Source: a virus
Lineage: Duplodnaviria > Caudoviricetes
Virus record (IMG/VR): IMGVR_UViG_3300030433_001936
Coordinates: 1 to 64,000 of that record
Reading direction: 5' to 3' (one strand)
DNA length: 64,000 bases
Position numbers and translations under genes: made by a program. Within the stretch, counting starts at the first letter, position 1. The number at the start of each line of letters is the position of its first letter. The notes beneath the pieces were generated by a model. That model saw nothing but the letters and a program-made list of their open reading frames with translations. It was not told the origin of the DNA and did no database searches. Shown in pieces: positions 1 to 9,522 of this stretch.

Positions 1-1
1 A

Positions 2-3000
2 CTTTGCTTTTTCTTCGTTGATAGGACCTATGCCGAGTTGATACATGAACGGTCCTGAACCACGAACATTGAGAATGATGACATCCAAATCCTTCTTGTT
101 TCGCATCAACACCCACTTTGGATGTCGTGATTCGCCCTTCATGTAGGTGGAGATTGCATCACGCAACAGTACACCATCGTTGCTTTCGGCTTGGATGTTT
201 TCAATCGCTTGTTCCAATCCTTCATCATCCGTTCTTCGGGTGTTGAATGGTGCGGGCATCAGCACATGTTCACTGCTTTCAAATTGAGTTCGCAATCGCA
301 CGATACGGTCTTTCAGTGGTTCTTCATACAGTTCTTTATGCCCGTGTTCCAACAAATCAATGAAGACGATTTCTTTCTTGTGAATGATTGCATCGGCAAC
401 ATATCGGTCATCATTGGCTGCTACAAGTCCTTTCCGCATATCAGCAGATAACCGTGCTTTTGTTCCATCAGCGAATCGTGCATCAACCTTCTTGCCCTGC
501 TTGTGAACCAACACACGGTATCCATCCCACCATGACGACACTACCCAATCACCGCTAAAGCCACGCAATTGCTTCATATCTTCGTATGAGAAAATGCGAT
601 GTGCAGGTTTGATTGGTGTGATTGTTCCTTTTTCCTTCAATATGTCGGGGTCAGTCAATGACTTCAGCAATGTGGATACGGGGATGTCGTCTTCGCTCAA
701 TTGGAATGCGACACTTTCACCGTCTTGACCCATCTTTTGCTGTTCGGGAATGTCTTCAGCCGATGGTGCAGATGGGTGTATTCTGCTCATTGGTTGGAGT
801 TCGGGGAAGACTGTGCGGAGTTGTTGCATTGGCACGGATAAGAACGGCATTTTGTCAGCGGATGGCATACCGTTGTTGTGCAAGACCTCAATGCCACCTT
901 CCATTCCACTGTGAGATATACCGAATGTGGGCGACATCTTCCATCCGTATTTCATCCGATACCCTGCACTGTTGAACAAACTCATTGGCATTGACCCTGG
1001 TTGTGTTTGATAATCGCCACTGTCAAGCCCTTTGGCGTGTGGGAAATAGATAGATGCCGACGCTTGCATACGGTCAAATCGGTTGGGGTTATCTTCTTCA
1101 TCAACCTCAATCCCATGCACATGGTCATTTTCCCATTCACGGTCTTTGGGTTGCGCTCGCAATGCCCACTCATTGGCTTCCGCCCATAGTGCCAAAGCGT
1201 TCACATGCGCTTGTGAATAATCACCATTTTCGTCAGGTCCGAATGGGTCGGGAAGACCGTCTTTTTCAAACTGTTCACGCACACGCTTTGCCAATGACCC
1301 TGCTACCTTTCCGACCAAATCAACAGTGGATAGATACTTGCTTGCGAAATAGTTGTTGCGTTGAGTTTGGGTTTTGTTTGCTTGTCCCATCGGTGTCATT
1401 GACATGGCTTCGGGAGTGTCTTCAAATTCTTCCATTTGACGATACCAATCTTCGTCCCTTTCGTCTTCGGGGGTTTGCAAGAATGCGTCCATACCCATTG
1501 CTCGTTGATACGGTTTCACTTGACTTTGTGCTGGCATAATGCGGGATTGCAATGCGTCTTGTGAGAAAATGTGCTTCCCCGTTCCACCACAATTCGGGCA
1601 GTCAGGTCTGTCGGGTTCAGCGCTTTCTTCACCACCGTAATCAAACAATGATTTTGGTTTGGGTACTGATGGGTCATTGCCATCATTGCCACGGGAGATG
1701 TCAAACAAATTGGATTTCTTCACATCTTCGGGGTCTAATTTGCCGTCCCCGCCACATACGGGACAATCGGTTTGCCCATCAGCCAATGCTTGTAGTGCTT
1801 CATTGCGGAATTTGAATGCAAATCTGTGTGGGCGTTGACCATCAGGTGTTTGGATTGGTTCAATGTGTTGCCTTCGGGCTAAATCACGAACCATTGATTC
1901 GTCCACAGGACCTGATTCGGGCAATTCATCCGTTGGTTGATACAAGAACCATCCTTCAGGCTCGTTGTCAAGCCACCCTGTTCCGACATCAGACCGATGT
2001 GTTTCGCCAGGGGACATACCAGGGCTTGTTGTTTCCCTTGATGGGTTCAACTCATCAGCGAATGATTCGCTGGCGGGGCGCAGAAGTGGGAAAGCAGGGA
2101 GGTCGTCTTTTTCACGACCAATATCCGCATGCAACATCAATTGACGGACACGGGTTTTGATGTCGGCTTCGGTGTGATTATGCCCAGGCAACACTGCACC
2201 GCCTTGTTCCCGTGCCAATCGGGTCAGTTCTCGTTCCCATGTGTTTGGCGCACCGACCATGTTGCCTTGTGTAATGCCAATCAATGGGTGTTCATCAGGT
2301 GCATCAGCGGGGTGTTCTTCCCATCGTCCCCACAGATTGGCTAACAACGCCTGTGCCTTTTCTTCCCTTCTTCCTGTTCCTTTGGCATTCAATATGTGAT
2401 TTAGTGTGTTGCGTGTCATACCGTAGTGTTGACCCAAATACCCACGGGCATCATTCGGACCTCCTTCAATTCCTTCGCGTTCATCCAACACATTTTGCCA
2501 ATCACCAATCGCTAGAGGTCCCATTGAATATGCCCGTGAAAAGTCATCGTGATATTGCGGGTCATGTGAAATAGCAAGTTGAGGCCAGGATTGGATTTTG
2601 CCATCCATGATGTGGAACGGCAATGCTGACCCTGCTTCCAATGGCAAATCGGACATGAAGCCCACCATGTTTTGCATTTCATTGCGGGGTTGTCCTTCTT
2701 TATTCAATGAAATTTCAAGACCTTGTTCACGGTATTCATCACCCGCAAAGCCACCTTCTTGGTTCAATCTGCCACCCGACTTAGGCCAGATTTTTTCATT
2801 GAATTGTTCGGCAGGGGACAAGCCATCCTTCAATGGGATAACAAATTGAGTTGGAGTTGGTGAATCAGGACTAGTGAATAGACCGTGTTGTTGGTTTTCT
2901 CGCCACACATCGGGGTGGAACATATGATGCAATTCTGCGATTGGTGCAGTTGGGTCATCGGCATGACCACCAGCAGCGTGATGAGGTGCCATGAAGACGG

Positions 3001-4591
3001 CATATGGACTCATTCGCACATCATCGGGGTCGCCACTGCTTTGGTGATACATGTTGATGTATGGTGCGATTCCGTTGCTGATTTGCTTGTGGCGCTCATA
3101 TTCTTGCGCTATTTGTTCCATATATTCCATGATGTAGGCATGTTGATTTTCATTGATGTATCCGTGATGGAGCAAATCGTTGAATTCAGCAATGCTTGAA
3201 AACGCATTGTCATGATGAACATCGTTGTCAAGTGTCAGTTGTAAATCGCCATTTTCGTCTTTCACATGTCGGGGTATGTGTCCGTGCGTATCCAATAGGT
3301 AATCCTTCAGACTTTGCACACCCAATTGGCTTGCTTGTCGGGTGCTGATGAGATGTGGCAGGTCTTCCTTTCGCGACCTTTGTGCCACAAGGAAATGAGA
3401 TTCTTCATGCATGGGGTCGTGAATGAAATTGCCATCATCGTCAAATGTCCCAACGGGGATTTGACCAGCCTGCAACCCTGCCATTGGGATGTCATTTGAA
3501 TACACATGCAAATCCTTCATTGCTTCCATCAATCTGCGTCCTTTGAATGCTTCCTTGACTTTTTCGTTTTGAAAGTCGTAGTTTTGTGATGGGATTGCAC
3601 TCCCTGGCATCGTTTGACTACGAAGACGATGCATCAATTCAGGTCCACCGTATCGCCCTTTCCAATTGCGAAGCAACCAACCAGGGTTGACAAACGGCAT
3701 GCGCTTGTCAGAATTGAAACCGTGTTCACTGATGTGTTGAATGACCGCATCCCTTTCGCTTGGCTTCAACCATTCCAATCCCAATGCGTATCCCAAAAAG
3801 CCCAATGTGTGTGAACCTGAATCGTATGGGTCTAGTGGGTCGGATTCAAGACCTGCCCACACCCGTTTGTATTGGTTGAGATGCATATCACGCTGTTCCA
3901 TTGGTTCAAGGTCTTGCACTTCCTTTGGTTGTGTTTGCAACCATTCATAGAAGTGTTTGGAGTACAATTGTTGTGGGTTCGCCATAGGTCCCTCACCATC
4001 AATCCTACCCAAATGCGATGGTTGATTGTGATACGAATTAGCATGGCGTTTTTCGTGTTGTTCCACTTCGGGGATGAGCCAATCTTTGTGGTGGTTCGTC
4101 AAATTGCCTTCGCTGTCATAATACGGAATCCATGATGATGCAAGTGTATCCACCCATGCGGGTCTTCCCCATTCACTGTTCTTCATGAATGGTGATAACG
4201 ACCACGGGGATATGCCACCATATGCCACTTCGGGATTGGCTTCCGTTTGCGCTGGCCATGTGGAATGTGAAGCACGGGGATTTTCATGACCGCCCGCATA
4301 TTGACGCAGTGTTGTAATCCACGGTGATTTTGCCATTCCCGATTTTTCGGAAAGTGGGCTACGGAATGTGCTGAAATATCCCCCACGCATCCGCTCGTCT
4401 TTGAGAATCCAATCGGATGCTTCGTTGAAAATGCGTTCACTGAAATGGTCAAGTTCCAATCCGTGGCGTTGTGCATTCATTTTGGAGAATTCAAAATTAG
4501 CAGCAGCGTTTTCCAAATCAATGCCATCAATCAATGACTTGTATAGTTCGTGTTTTGCACGAAGGTGGAAATCGTATGCTGAATCTCGCAT
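2..4591 (-). CDS. Giant protein (>=1530 aa, runs off the left edge) with a degenerate ATP-dependent DNA ligase adenylation domain near the window edge
   Basis: ATG at 4591 with GGGGTGAG RBS. The frame stays open to base 2, so the ORF track omits it (no stop codon). Translated by hand: PIKPAHRIF..GDWVVSSWWDGYRVLVHKQGKKV (482-625), YVADAII, FIDLL, DGVLLRDAISTYMKGESRHPKWV, DLDVIIL resemble ligase motifs I, III, IIIa, IV, V and the start of the OB fold. Confidence 0.8.
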   Translation of the reverse strand, partial: MRDSAYDFHLRAKHELYKSLIDGIDLENAAANFEFSKMNAQRHGLELDHFSERIFNEASDWILKDERMRGGYFSTFRSPLSEKSGMAKSPWITTLRQYAGGHENPRASHSTWPAQTEANPEVAYGGISPWSLSPFMKNSEWGRPAWVDTLASSWIPYYDSEGNLTNHHKDWLIPEVEQHEKRHANSYHNQPSHLGRIDGEGPMANPQQLYSKHFYEWLQTQPKEVQDLEPMEQRDMHLNQYKRVWAGLESDPLDPYDSGSHTLGFLGYALGLEWLKPSERDAVIQHISEHGFNSDKRMPFVNPGWLLRNWKGRYGGPELMHRLRSQTMPGSAIPSQNYDFQNEKVKEAFKGRRLMEAMKDLHVYSNDIPMAGLQAGQIPVGTFDDDGNFIHDPMHEESHFLVAQRSRKEDLPHLISTRQASQLGVQSLKDYLLDTHGHIPRHVKDENGDLQLTLDNDVHHDNAFSSIAEFNDLLHHGYINENQHAYIMEYMEQIAQEYERHKQISNGIAPYINMYHQSSGDPDDVRMSPYAVFMAPHHAAGGHADDPTAPIAELHHMFHPDVWRENQQHGLFTSPDSPTPTQFVIPLKDGLSPAEQFNEKIWPKSGGRLNQEGGFAGDEYREQGLEISLNKEGQPRNEMQNMVGFMSDLPLEAGSALPFHIMDGKIQSWPQLAISHDPQYHDDFSRAYSMGPLAIGDWQNVLDEREGIEGGPNDARGYLGQHYGMTRNTLNHILNAKGTGRREEKAQALLANLWGRWEEHPADAPDEHPLIGITQGNMVGAPNTWERELTRLAREQGGAVLPGHNHTEADIKTRVRQLMLHADIGREKDDLPAFPLLRPASESFADELNPSRETTSPGMSPGETHRSDVGTGWLDNEPEGWFLYQPTDELPESGPVDESMVRDLARRQHIEPIQTPDGQRPHRFAFKFRNEALQALADGQTDCPVCGGDGKLDPEDVKKSNLFDISRGNDGNDPSVPKPKSLFDYGGEESAEPDRPDCPNCGGTGKHIFSQDALQSRIMPAQSQVKPYQRAMGMDAFLQTPEDERDEDWYRQMEEFEDTPEAMSMTPMGQANKTQTQRNNYFASKYLSTVDLVGKVAGSLAKRVREQFEKDGLPDPFGPDENGDYSQAHVNALALWAEANEWALRAQPKDREWENDHVHGIEVDEEDNPNRFDRMQASASIYFPHAKGLDSGDYQTQPGSMPMSLFNSAGYRMKYGWKMSPTFGISHSGMEGGIEVLHNNGMPSADKMPFLSVPMQQLRTVFPELQPMSRIHPSAPSAEDIPEQQKMGQDGESVAFQLSEDDIPVSTLLKSLTDPDILKEKGTITPIKPAHRIFSYEDMKQLRGFSGDWVVSSWWDGYRVLVHKQGKKVDARFADGTKARLSADMRKGLVAANDDRYVADAIIHKKEIVFIDLLEHGHKELYEEPLKDRIVRLRTQFESSEHVLMPAPFNTRRTDDEGLEQAIENIQAESNDGVLLRDAISTYMKGESRHPKWVLMRNKKDLDVIILNVRGSGPFMYQLGIGPINEEKAK

Positions 4592-4605
4592 TATCTCACC
4601 CCCAC

Positions 4606-5031
4606 TCATAGGTGGCGAGATAGGTCCTCAACCTTTTTGATGAGATTGCTAACACTATGCGGGTCGTCTTCATGCCATGCACCCAACAGTTCGGACTTCT
4701 TCAGCGCTGCTGGTCGTCCTTCGCCACCTGCTTGATTGAGATGCATGCCCAATGTGGATTCGGTTTGATGGGTGTTGCCACCCGCATGGTAGTTCAAACC
4801 TGGTGGATTCTTATCCACGGTCAATTTCTTTGATACTGTTTCGGGAACGGGCAACGGTTGTTGATTCGTCCAATAGTGTTGAGCGCGAACATTCGTGCCA
4901 CTGACATCTTCAAAATGCACATCATTGTTGCCCGATTCTTCAATCATTTTTTCCAACATCTGTGCTTTTTCAAGCAACTCTTGGACTTCGCTGTTCTCAC
5001 CTGCTTCAACACGGATTGGCTTCATTTTCAT
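4606..5031 (-). CDS. Hypothetical protein (morphogenesis cluster)
   Basis: 141 aa, tightly packed with co-oriented neighbours; no recognised motif. Confidence 0.7.
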   Translation of the reverse strand: MKMKPIRVEAGENSEVQELLEKAQMLEKMIEESGNNDVHFEDVSGTNVRAQHYWTNQQPLPVPETVSKKLTVDKNPPGLNYHAGGNTHQTESTLGMHLNQAGGEGRPAALKKSELLGAWHEDDPHSVSNLIKKVEDLSRHL

Positions 5032-5408
5032 ACCTCGGGTAGTGGTTTGTTTTCAACATGCCCCAATTCTTTCGCTTGGTTGGCAAGTGCGTGAATCTCA
5101 TTCCAATCCATTTTGTAAAAGTCTTCGTTGTTGGTTGGGACATCAAAGACTTCCCCTCCGACTTCTTCATCCACACCCTTCACGATAGCGCTGCTATCGG
5201 AACGAAGTGGGTCGCCCCATACATCTTGGATTGCGGGAGTGTTAGCACGGACGAAGCCTGCTCGCTTTAGCAGACCTGCGGGGTTGATGAGCATTTTACG
5301 GAGTTGCACATTTTGTTCACGGATGTCCTGCATATCATTATCCATTTGCTCCATCTTGGTGATGAGAGCGTTCATGAGTTTGCTAGCAGCGTCATCCATT
5401 AGAATCAA
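5028..5408 (-). CDS. Hypothetical protein with N-terminal coiled coil
   Basis: 126 aa, 4-nt overlaps with both neighbours; heptad-like LITKMEQMDNDMQDIREQNVQL. Confidence 0.7.
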   Translation of the reverse strand: MILMDDAASKLMNALITKMEQMDNDMQDIREQNVQLRKMLINPAGLLKRAGFVRANTPAIQDVWGDPLRSDSSAIVKGVDEEVGGEVFDVPTNNEDFYKMDWNEIHALANQAKELGHVENKPLPEV

Positions 5409-5782
5409 CCCCGTGGAGGCGTTCCAATGTATTGACCAGGCGAGCGTTGTGGGCGCATGATGCCACCCGCACGGGATGGCATGATGAGTCCCTTCACCAT
5501 TGCATCACGGTCTTGCACATTGAAAACATGGTTGACTTCTTCGTATTGGTGAACGGGGACACCACCTGCGAAGCGAGTCACTCCAGGCAATGCCTGTGGT
5601 TCTGCTTTCTGCACAAGTGTGTAAAGGTCTTCGCTCAAGAACGAACTCGTGTTTTTGATGACATTCAGAAGGTCGCCCGCTTTGTTCGCATCGCCACTTT
5701 CAATCGCTTTGTGGAATGCTTGTACTGCGTCATTCATCTTCCGAGCCATAGCGTCCATTTTGGATAGGTCAATCCCCGCCAT
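5405..5782 (-). CDS. Hypothetical protein
   Basis: Start moved to ATG 5782 (MAGIDLSKM); lies immediately downstream of the portal gene. Confidence 0.65.
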   Translation of the reverse strand: MAGIDLSKMDAMARKMNDAVQAFHKAIESGDANKAGDLLNVIKNTSSFLSEDLYTLVQKAEPQALPGVTRFAGGVPVHQYEEVNHVFNVQDRDAMVKGLIMPSRAGGIMRPQRSPGQYIGTPPRG

Positions 5783-5814
5783 GATAACGCCACTACCGAT
5801 ACACCTATTCAACC

Positions 5815-7692
5815 TTATTGACTAAATCCACCTTCACCAGGGAACTCTCCAAGTGGGTCGCTCGCCTTTTCTTTGACTGAATGAATGCTTTCCAATGCTT
5901 GTTCTATGGGTGTTTTTTTGTGTCCCCGTTGTTGGGTTTTGCCCTTTGGCGCACCCGATGGAGTCTTCACATCCTTCACCCCTGCGATACGGTTCGGGCG
6001 TGAACCGTCCACTTTATCGGAATCACTTCCGCCACCAATTTCATTGAATGCTTTCACCATTTGTTGTGGATTCATTTGAGCCATTGGTTGTTGCGGTGGC
6101 ATCTGTGGTGTTGGTGTTTGACCCATCATTGGATTCATGCTTGGGCGTTGCATCGGGTTGCCACCCCTACCCATTTGTCCCATTGGTGGCATAGGCATAC
6201 CGCCACGACCACCCATAGGCATACCGCCAGGGACACCACCTGGTGGTGGTGGCACTTGTGGGTTGCCAGGTTGCGGTGGTGCAGGATTCTTGTACACAAA
6301 GCGGATGTCCCTGTCGCCTTCTTCTTTGAGTTCGGGTTTGAAGCCCAATTGCGCCATACGAGCAGCGATGTTGACTTCCATTTCGTCCCTGCGTAGCCGA
6401 GTAACTTCGTCTTCTTCTTCGTTGGGATAAAGGCTCAATTTCCAATCATTGACACCCATTTCTTTGAGCATGCGTGGGAACAAATCACGGGTGTACACCT
6501 TTTGTCCGTATTCAACGGCACGGTTAGTGACTAGAATTTGCAATCCTTCGTTGTTCAATCCGCCACCTTTGCCACTGTCTTGCATGAAGACATTGGATAC
6601 GCCATAAAATGCAGATATGCGTTGACGCAATTCTTCACGCACTTGTGCGTATTGCATCTCATCCATCGTATCCATGAACTTGACCCATTCAACACGACCA
6701 CGACCTGTGGACGATTCAACACCGACCTTTGGAACATAGTGTGGGTCGCGCTCCATTTTTTCTTCAACACCCTTCCAAAACGATGCCGTGGATTGGATGT
6801 TGTCAGTGGTGATTGCAAGAATACCACGAGGCATCCTTCGTTTTGAGTACATGAGATACATGTAGTTATCCATTGCCGTCAATGTCATGGCTTGTCGCCA
6901 CATGGTTGCCACAGGTGAACGACCATACAGTTTGCTTGGATTGAATTTGGAGATGTGCATGACTTCCCCTTCAAGGTAGTATTGTGTTTTACCGCTTCCT
7001 GCGGTGTTGACGAAGTGAACATCCTGCAATGGCAGATTGCATATTTCGCAATTGGTGTGTTCTTTGGTGTGAGTGTAGGTCTTGGTGCGATGCACGGGAC
7101 AGATTTGATACCGTCCACCACGGACACCACGCTTGTCAGCGACCAATCGGATGAATGTGGGGTCGCCACGCACGATTTGTTTCACACGGGTGAATTCAAT
7201 GTCGCCCGTCTTTTCGTCAAGGTAGTATTCCTTTTGCAATACGAGAAAGGCATCGTCAATGATGTTCAAATCAAATTCAATTTCACGCATGACATCCATG
7301 AATCGCTGGTCCATTGAGTTGCGTTCATCAAACAACCACTTGGGATAAACGACTTCATCGTGGTCTGGTGTTCGCACTTCGCCACCACATAGGGTGCATT
7401 GGTCAACTGCGTGTTGATATTCTTCCATGCAATCCACACACTTCTTTTGGAATTTCTTTTCCCAAAACAATCCACGCCTGAATATCTCTTGGGTTAGCGT
7501 GTTGATGGTGGTTCGGAGAATGACAGATTCTTGAACAACTGCAAACAGCGCAGGGATGGTGATACCTTGAACCAATACGGGTTCTTGGATACCACTTTTC
7601 CAAAGTGGCATGGTCGGTGCAGGTGTTTCTTTGCGTCGGAACGGCTTCGTTAAGCCACCCAAGAATCTGCGGATTGGTGATTCGTCAGCCAT
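5815..7692 (-). CDS. Portal protein
   Basis: 625 aa close to the terminase gene; portal-like segments HISKFNPSKLYGRSP, MPRGILAI, MQYAQVREELRQRISAFYGV; P/G/M/Q-rich C-terminal tail. Confidence 0.8.
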   Translation of the reverse strand: MADESPIRRFLGGLTKPFRRKETPAPTMPLWKSGIQEPVLVQGITIPALFAVVQESVILRTTINTLTQEIFRRGLFWEKKFQKKCVDCMEEYQHAVDQCTLCGGEVRTPDHDEVVYPKWLFDERNSMDQRFMDVMREIEFDLNIIDDAFLVLQKEYYLDEKTGDIEFTRVKQIVRGDPTFIRLVADKRGVRGGRYQICPVHRTKTYTHTKEHTNCEICNLPLQDVHFVNTAGSGKTQYYLEGEVMHISKFNPSKLYGRSPVATMWRQAMTLTAMDNYMYLMYSKRRMPRGILAITTDNIQSTASFWKGVEEKMERDPHYVPKVGVESSTGRGRVEWVKFMDTMDEMQYAQVREELRQRISAFYGVSNVFMQDSGKGGGLNNEGLQILVTNRAVEYGQKVYTRDLFPRMLKEMGVNDWKLSLYPNEEEDEVTRLRRDEMEVNIAARMAQLGFKPELKEEGDRDIRFVYKNPAPPQPGNPQVPPPPGGVPGGMPMGGRGGMPMPPMGQMGRGGNPMQRPSMNPMMGQTPTPQMPPQQPMAQMNPQQMVKAFNEIGGGSDSDKVDGSRPNRIAGVKDVKTPSGAPKGKTQQRGHKKTPIEQALESIHSVKEKASDPLGEFPGEGGFSQ

Positions 7693-7696
7693 TCAA

Positions 7697-8008
7697 TCAC
7701 CCCTGCAATGCTTCTTCAAGGAGTGATTTCAATCGTTGCACATCGTATTTGATGCGTTCCCAATGTGGGTTATCGTCCCCATACATTGAGTGTAAAACCT
7801 CCACCAACTGAACAATGTCGTTGGCGAGATAGTGGGCAATGCCCATGTTTTCTTTGTTGCCGTATAGCGGTTTTTGTTTTTCTTCCATCTGTTGTTCTTG
7901 TTGCGTAGTCACTGTATCCGATGGGTTGTGCCTTTGTGCGACTTCACCGTAGTCCACACCACTAACGCTTGGGTATCCGAATTTCAGAATTTTAATACTC
8001 TTTTTCAC
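7697..8008 (-). CDS. Hypothetical protein
   Basis: 103 aa filling the gap between the LAGLIDADG fusion and the portal gene. Confidence 0.6.
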   Translation of the reverse strand: MKKSIKILKFGYPSVSGVDYGEVAQRHNPSDTVTTQQEQQMEEKQKPLYGNKENMGIAHYLANDIVQLVEVLHSMYGDDNPHWERIKYDVQRLKSLLEEALQG

Positions 8009-9522
8009 AACAACGCCTCCAATCTTTCTGCTTCAATTCCGAGTTGCATCAAAGTCGGGTCGCGCCATGTCATGATGTCCTCCTCCTTGACACCCCATTC
8101 AGACAGTAGTTCATCACCTTTCTTGTCTGACCAATTATCGTATTTCACCAATTTTTCCAACTGGTCTCTTCGCTGTTTGGCGATTGCGCCCTTTCGTGGG
8201 GTGTCAATGTATTCCAACACATTGTTGGCTTGATTCTTCTTCAAACGCAGATGTGGTTCAACACCTTTCAACACCTTTCGCACATCGGCTTTGGAGTAAA
8301 ATTGTAGTCGGTGTTGGCTTCGCTTACTGCTTTTTTGATACAGTTTCAAATCCAATTGCAACACGCCACATCCGAGTGTCTTTTGCAGTTCTTCACAATG
8401 CACTTTGCCCCGTTCACCCGTGGCAATGATGCCCACACGGGGTTCACCACGCTTGGTAATGGTGATATATCCATCAGCGTCAATGAAGCCAGCAGCGTAT
8501 GCCCACGGGTCTTTGATAATCAGCCCGCCACCATCATCTTTCAATACCCAACTGTTGCGCTTCACACCTTTGACGATGTTCAATTCATCCCCATAGATTC
8601 GCATCAACCCACTTAGTTTGTTTGGTGTCAATCCTTTCAGTGCTTGACCCGATTCAATGAGATTGTTCATGATTGTGCGACTTGACATTTCGCCATGTTG
8701 CGATAATTGGTCAACTGCAAGATTCAACCATGCCATTTCGGATTTATTGAGTGCATCCAACGAATGTAGGTTAGTTCTCCACATTTTCTTGGCATCATCC
8801 TTCAAATCATGCGATTTTACCCACAATTCTTTGTCTTCGGTAGTCCATTCGTCTTCCTTTTCAAGCAGTGTGTTGATGTCGGTTTCTGCTTGTTTATACA
8901 GATTACATGCGTGAATCAGCACCCCTTTCTTCGTTTCTGCGTGTTTTGTGAGTGCTTTCAAATCACGGTCAGTCAAACCGATTGATTTGATGGTTGGAAT
9001 GTAGCCATCCGACCATGAAATTGATGATAGTGCGCCATTGATTTCATCTTGCTTCATCAAACGCACGATGTTTATCAGTTCATCAATCTCGCTCTTCACC
9101 ATTTTATGTTCCCTTCGTGCATATTTGAGTTCCTTCACCATGTCGTGAGCAGATTTGCCGAATGTGTCAAACCAATGCACAGATTTTGCAAGACCACCCG
9201 ATGCAGGTGGTTGTTCGGCTTCGTTTGCACCCGTCAGTTTTTCAGCCATGCTTTGGATTTGTTGTTGTTGTTGCATTTGACCATCGGGCAAGTCCTTTTT
9301 GCCTTCGGATGGTGTCAATTGACCGCCACTTTCACTGTTTGTGTCGGGATTTTCGTTTGCTTCGGGCGCACCCATGATGCTTTGCCCTTGTTGGGGTGGC
9401 GCACCCTTCAACAGTGGGTGTTGATACAGATGCGAACACATTTTGATGACGCTTTCGTGGTTTTCAACCTCAAATGGGATGTCAAAAACATCGGAAACCA
9501 ATAGACTGCCCCACATTTTCAT
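8005..9522 (-). CDS. Protein with C-terminal single-motif LAGLIDADG endonuclease domain and long helical N-terminus
   Basis: WAYAAGFIDADGYITI..GCG..RLQFYSKADVRKVLKGVEPHLRLKKNQA. Confidence 0.8.
   Translation of the reverse strand: MKMWGSLLVSDVFDIPFEVENHESVIKMCSHLYQHPLLKGAPPQQGQSIMGAPEANENPDTNSESGGQLTPSEGKKDLPDGQMQQQQQIQSMAEKLTGANEAEQPPASGGLAKSVHWFDTFGKSAHDMVKELKYARREHKMVKSEIDELINIVRLMKQDEINGALSSISWSDGYIPTIKSIGLTDRDLKALTKHAETKKGVLIHACNLYKQAETDINTLLEKEDEWTTEDKELWVKSHDLKDDAKKMWRTNLHSLDALNKSEMAWLNLAVDQLSQHGEMSSRTIMNNLIESGQALKGLTPNKLSGLMRIYGDELNIVKGVKRNSWVLKDDGGGLIIKDPWAYAAGFIDADGYITITKRGEPRVGIIATGERGKVHCEELQKTLGCGVLQLDLKLYQKSSKRSQHRLQFYSKADVRKVLKGVEPHLRLKKNQANNVLEYIDTPRKGAIAKQRRDQLEKLVKYDNWSDKKGDELLSEWGVKEEDIMTWRDPTLMQLGIEAERLEALL

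Noticed and set aside
191-4640. Many 60-160 aa ORFs on both strands
   Set aside because: They are shadows of the single open minus-strand frame 2-4591 and lack RBSs or motifs.
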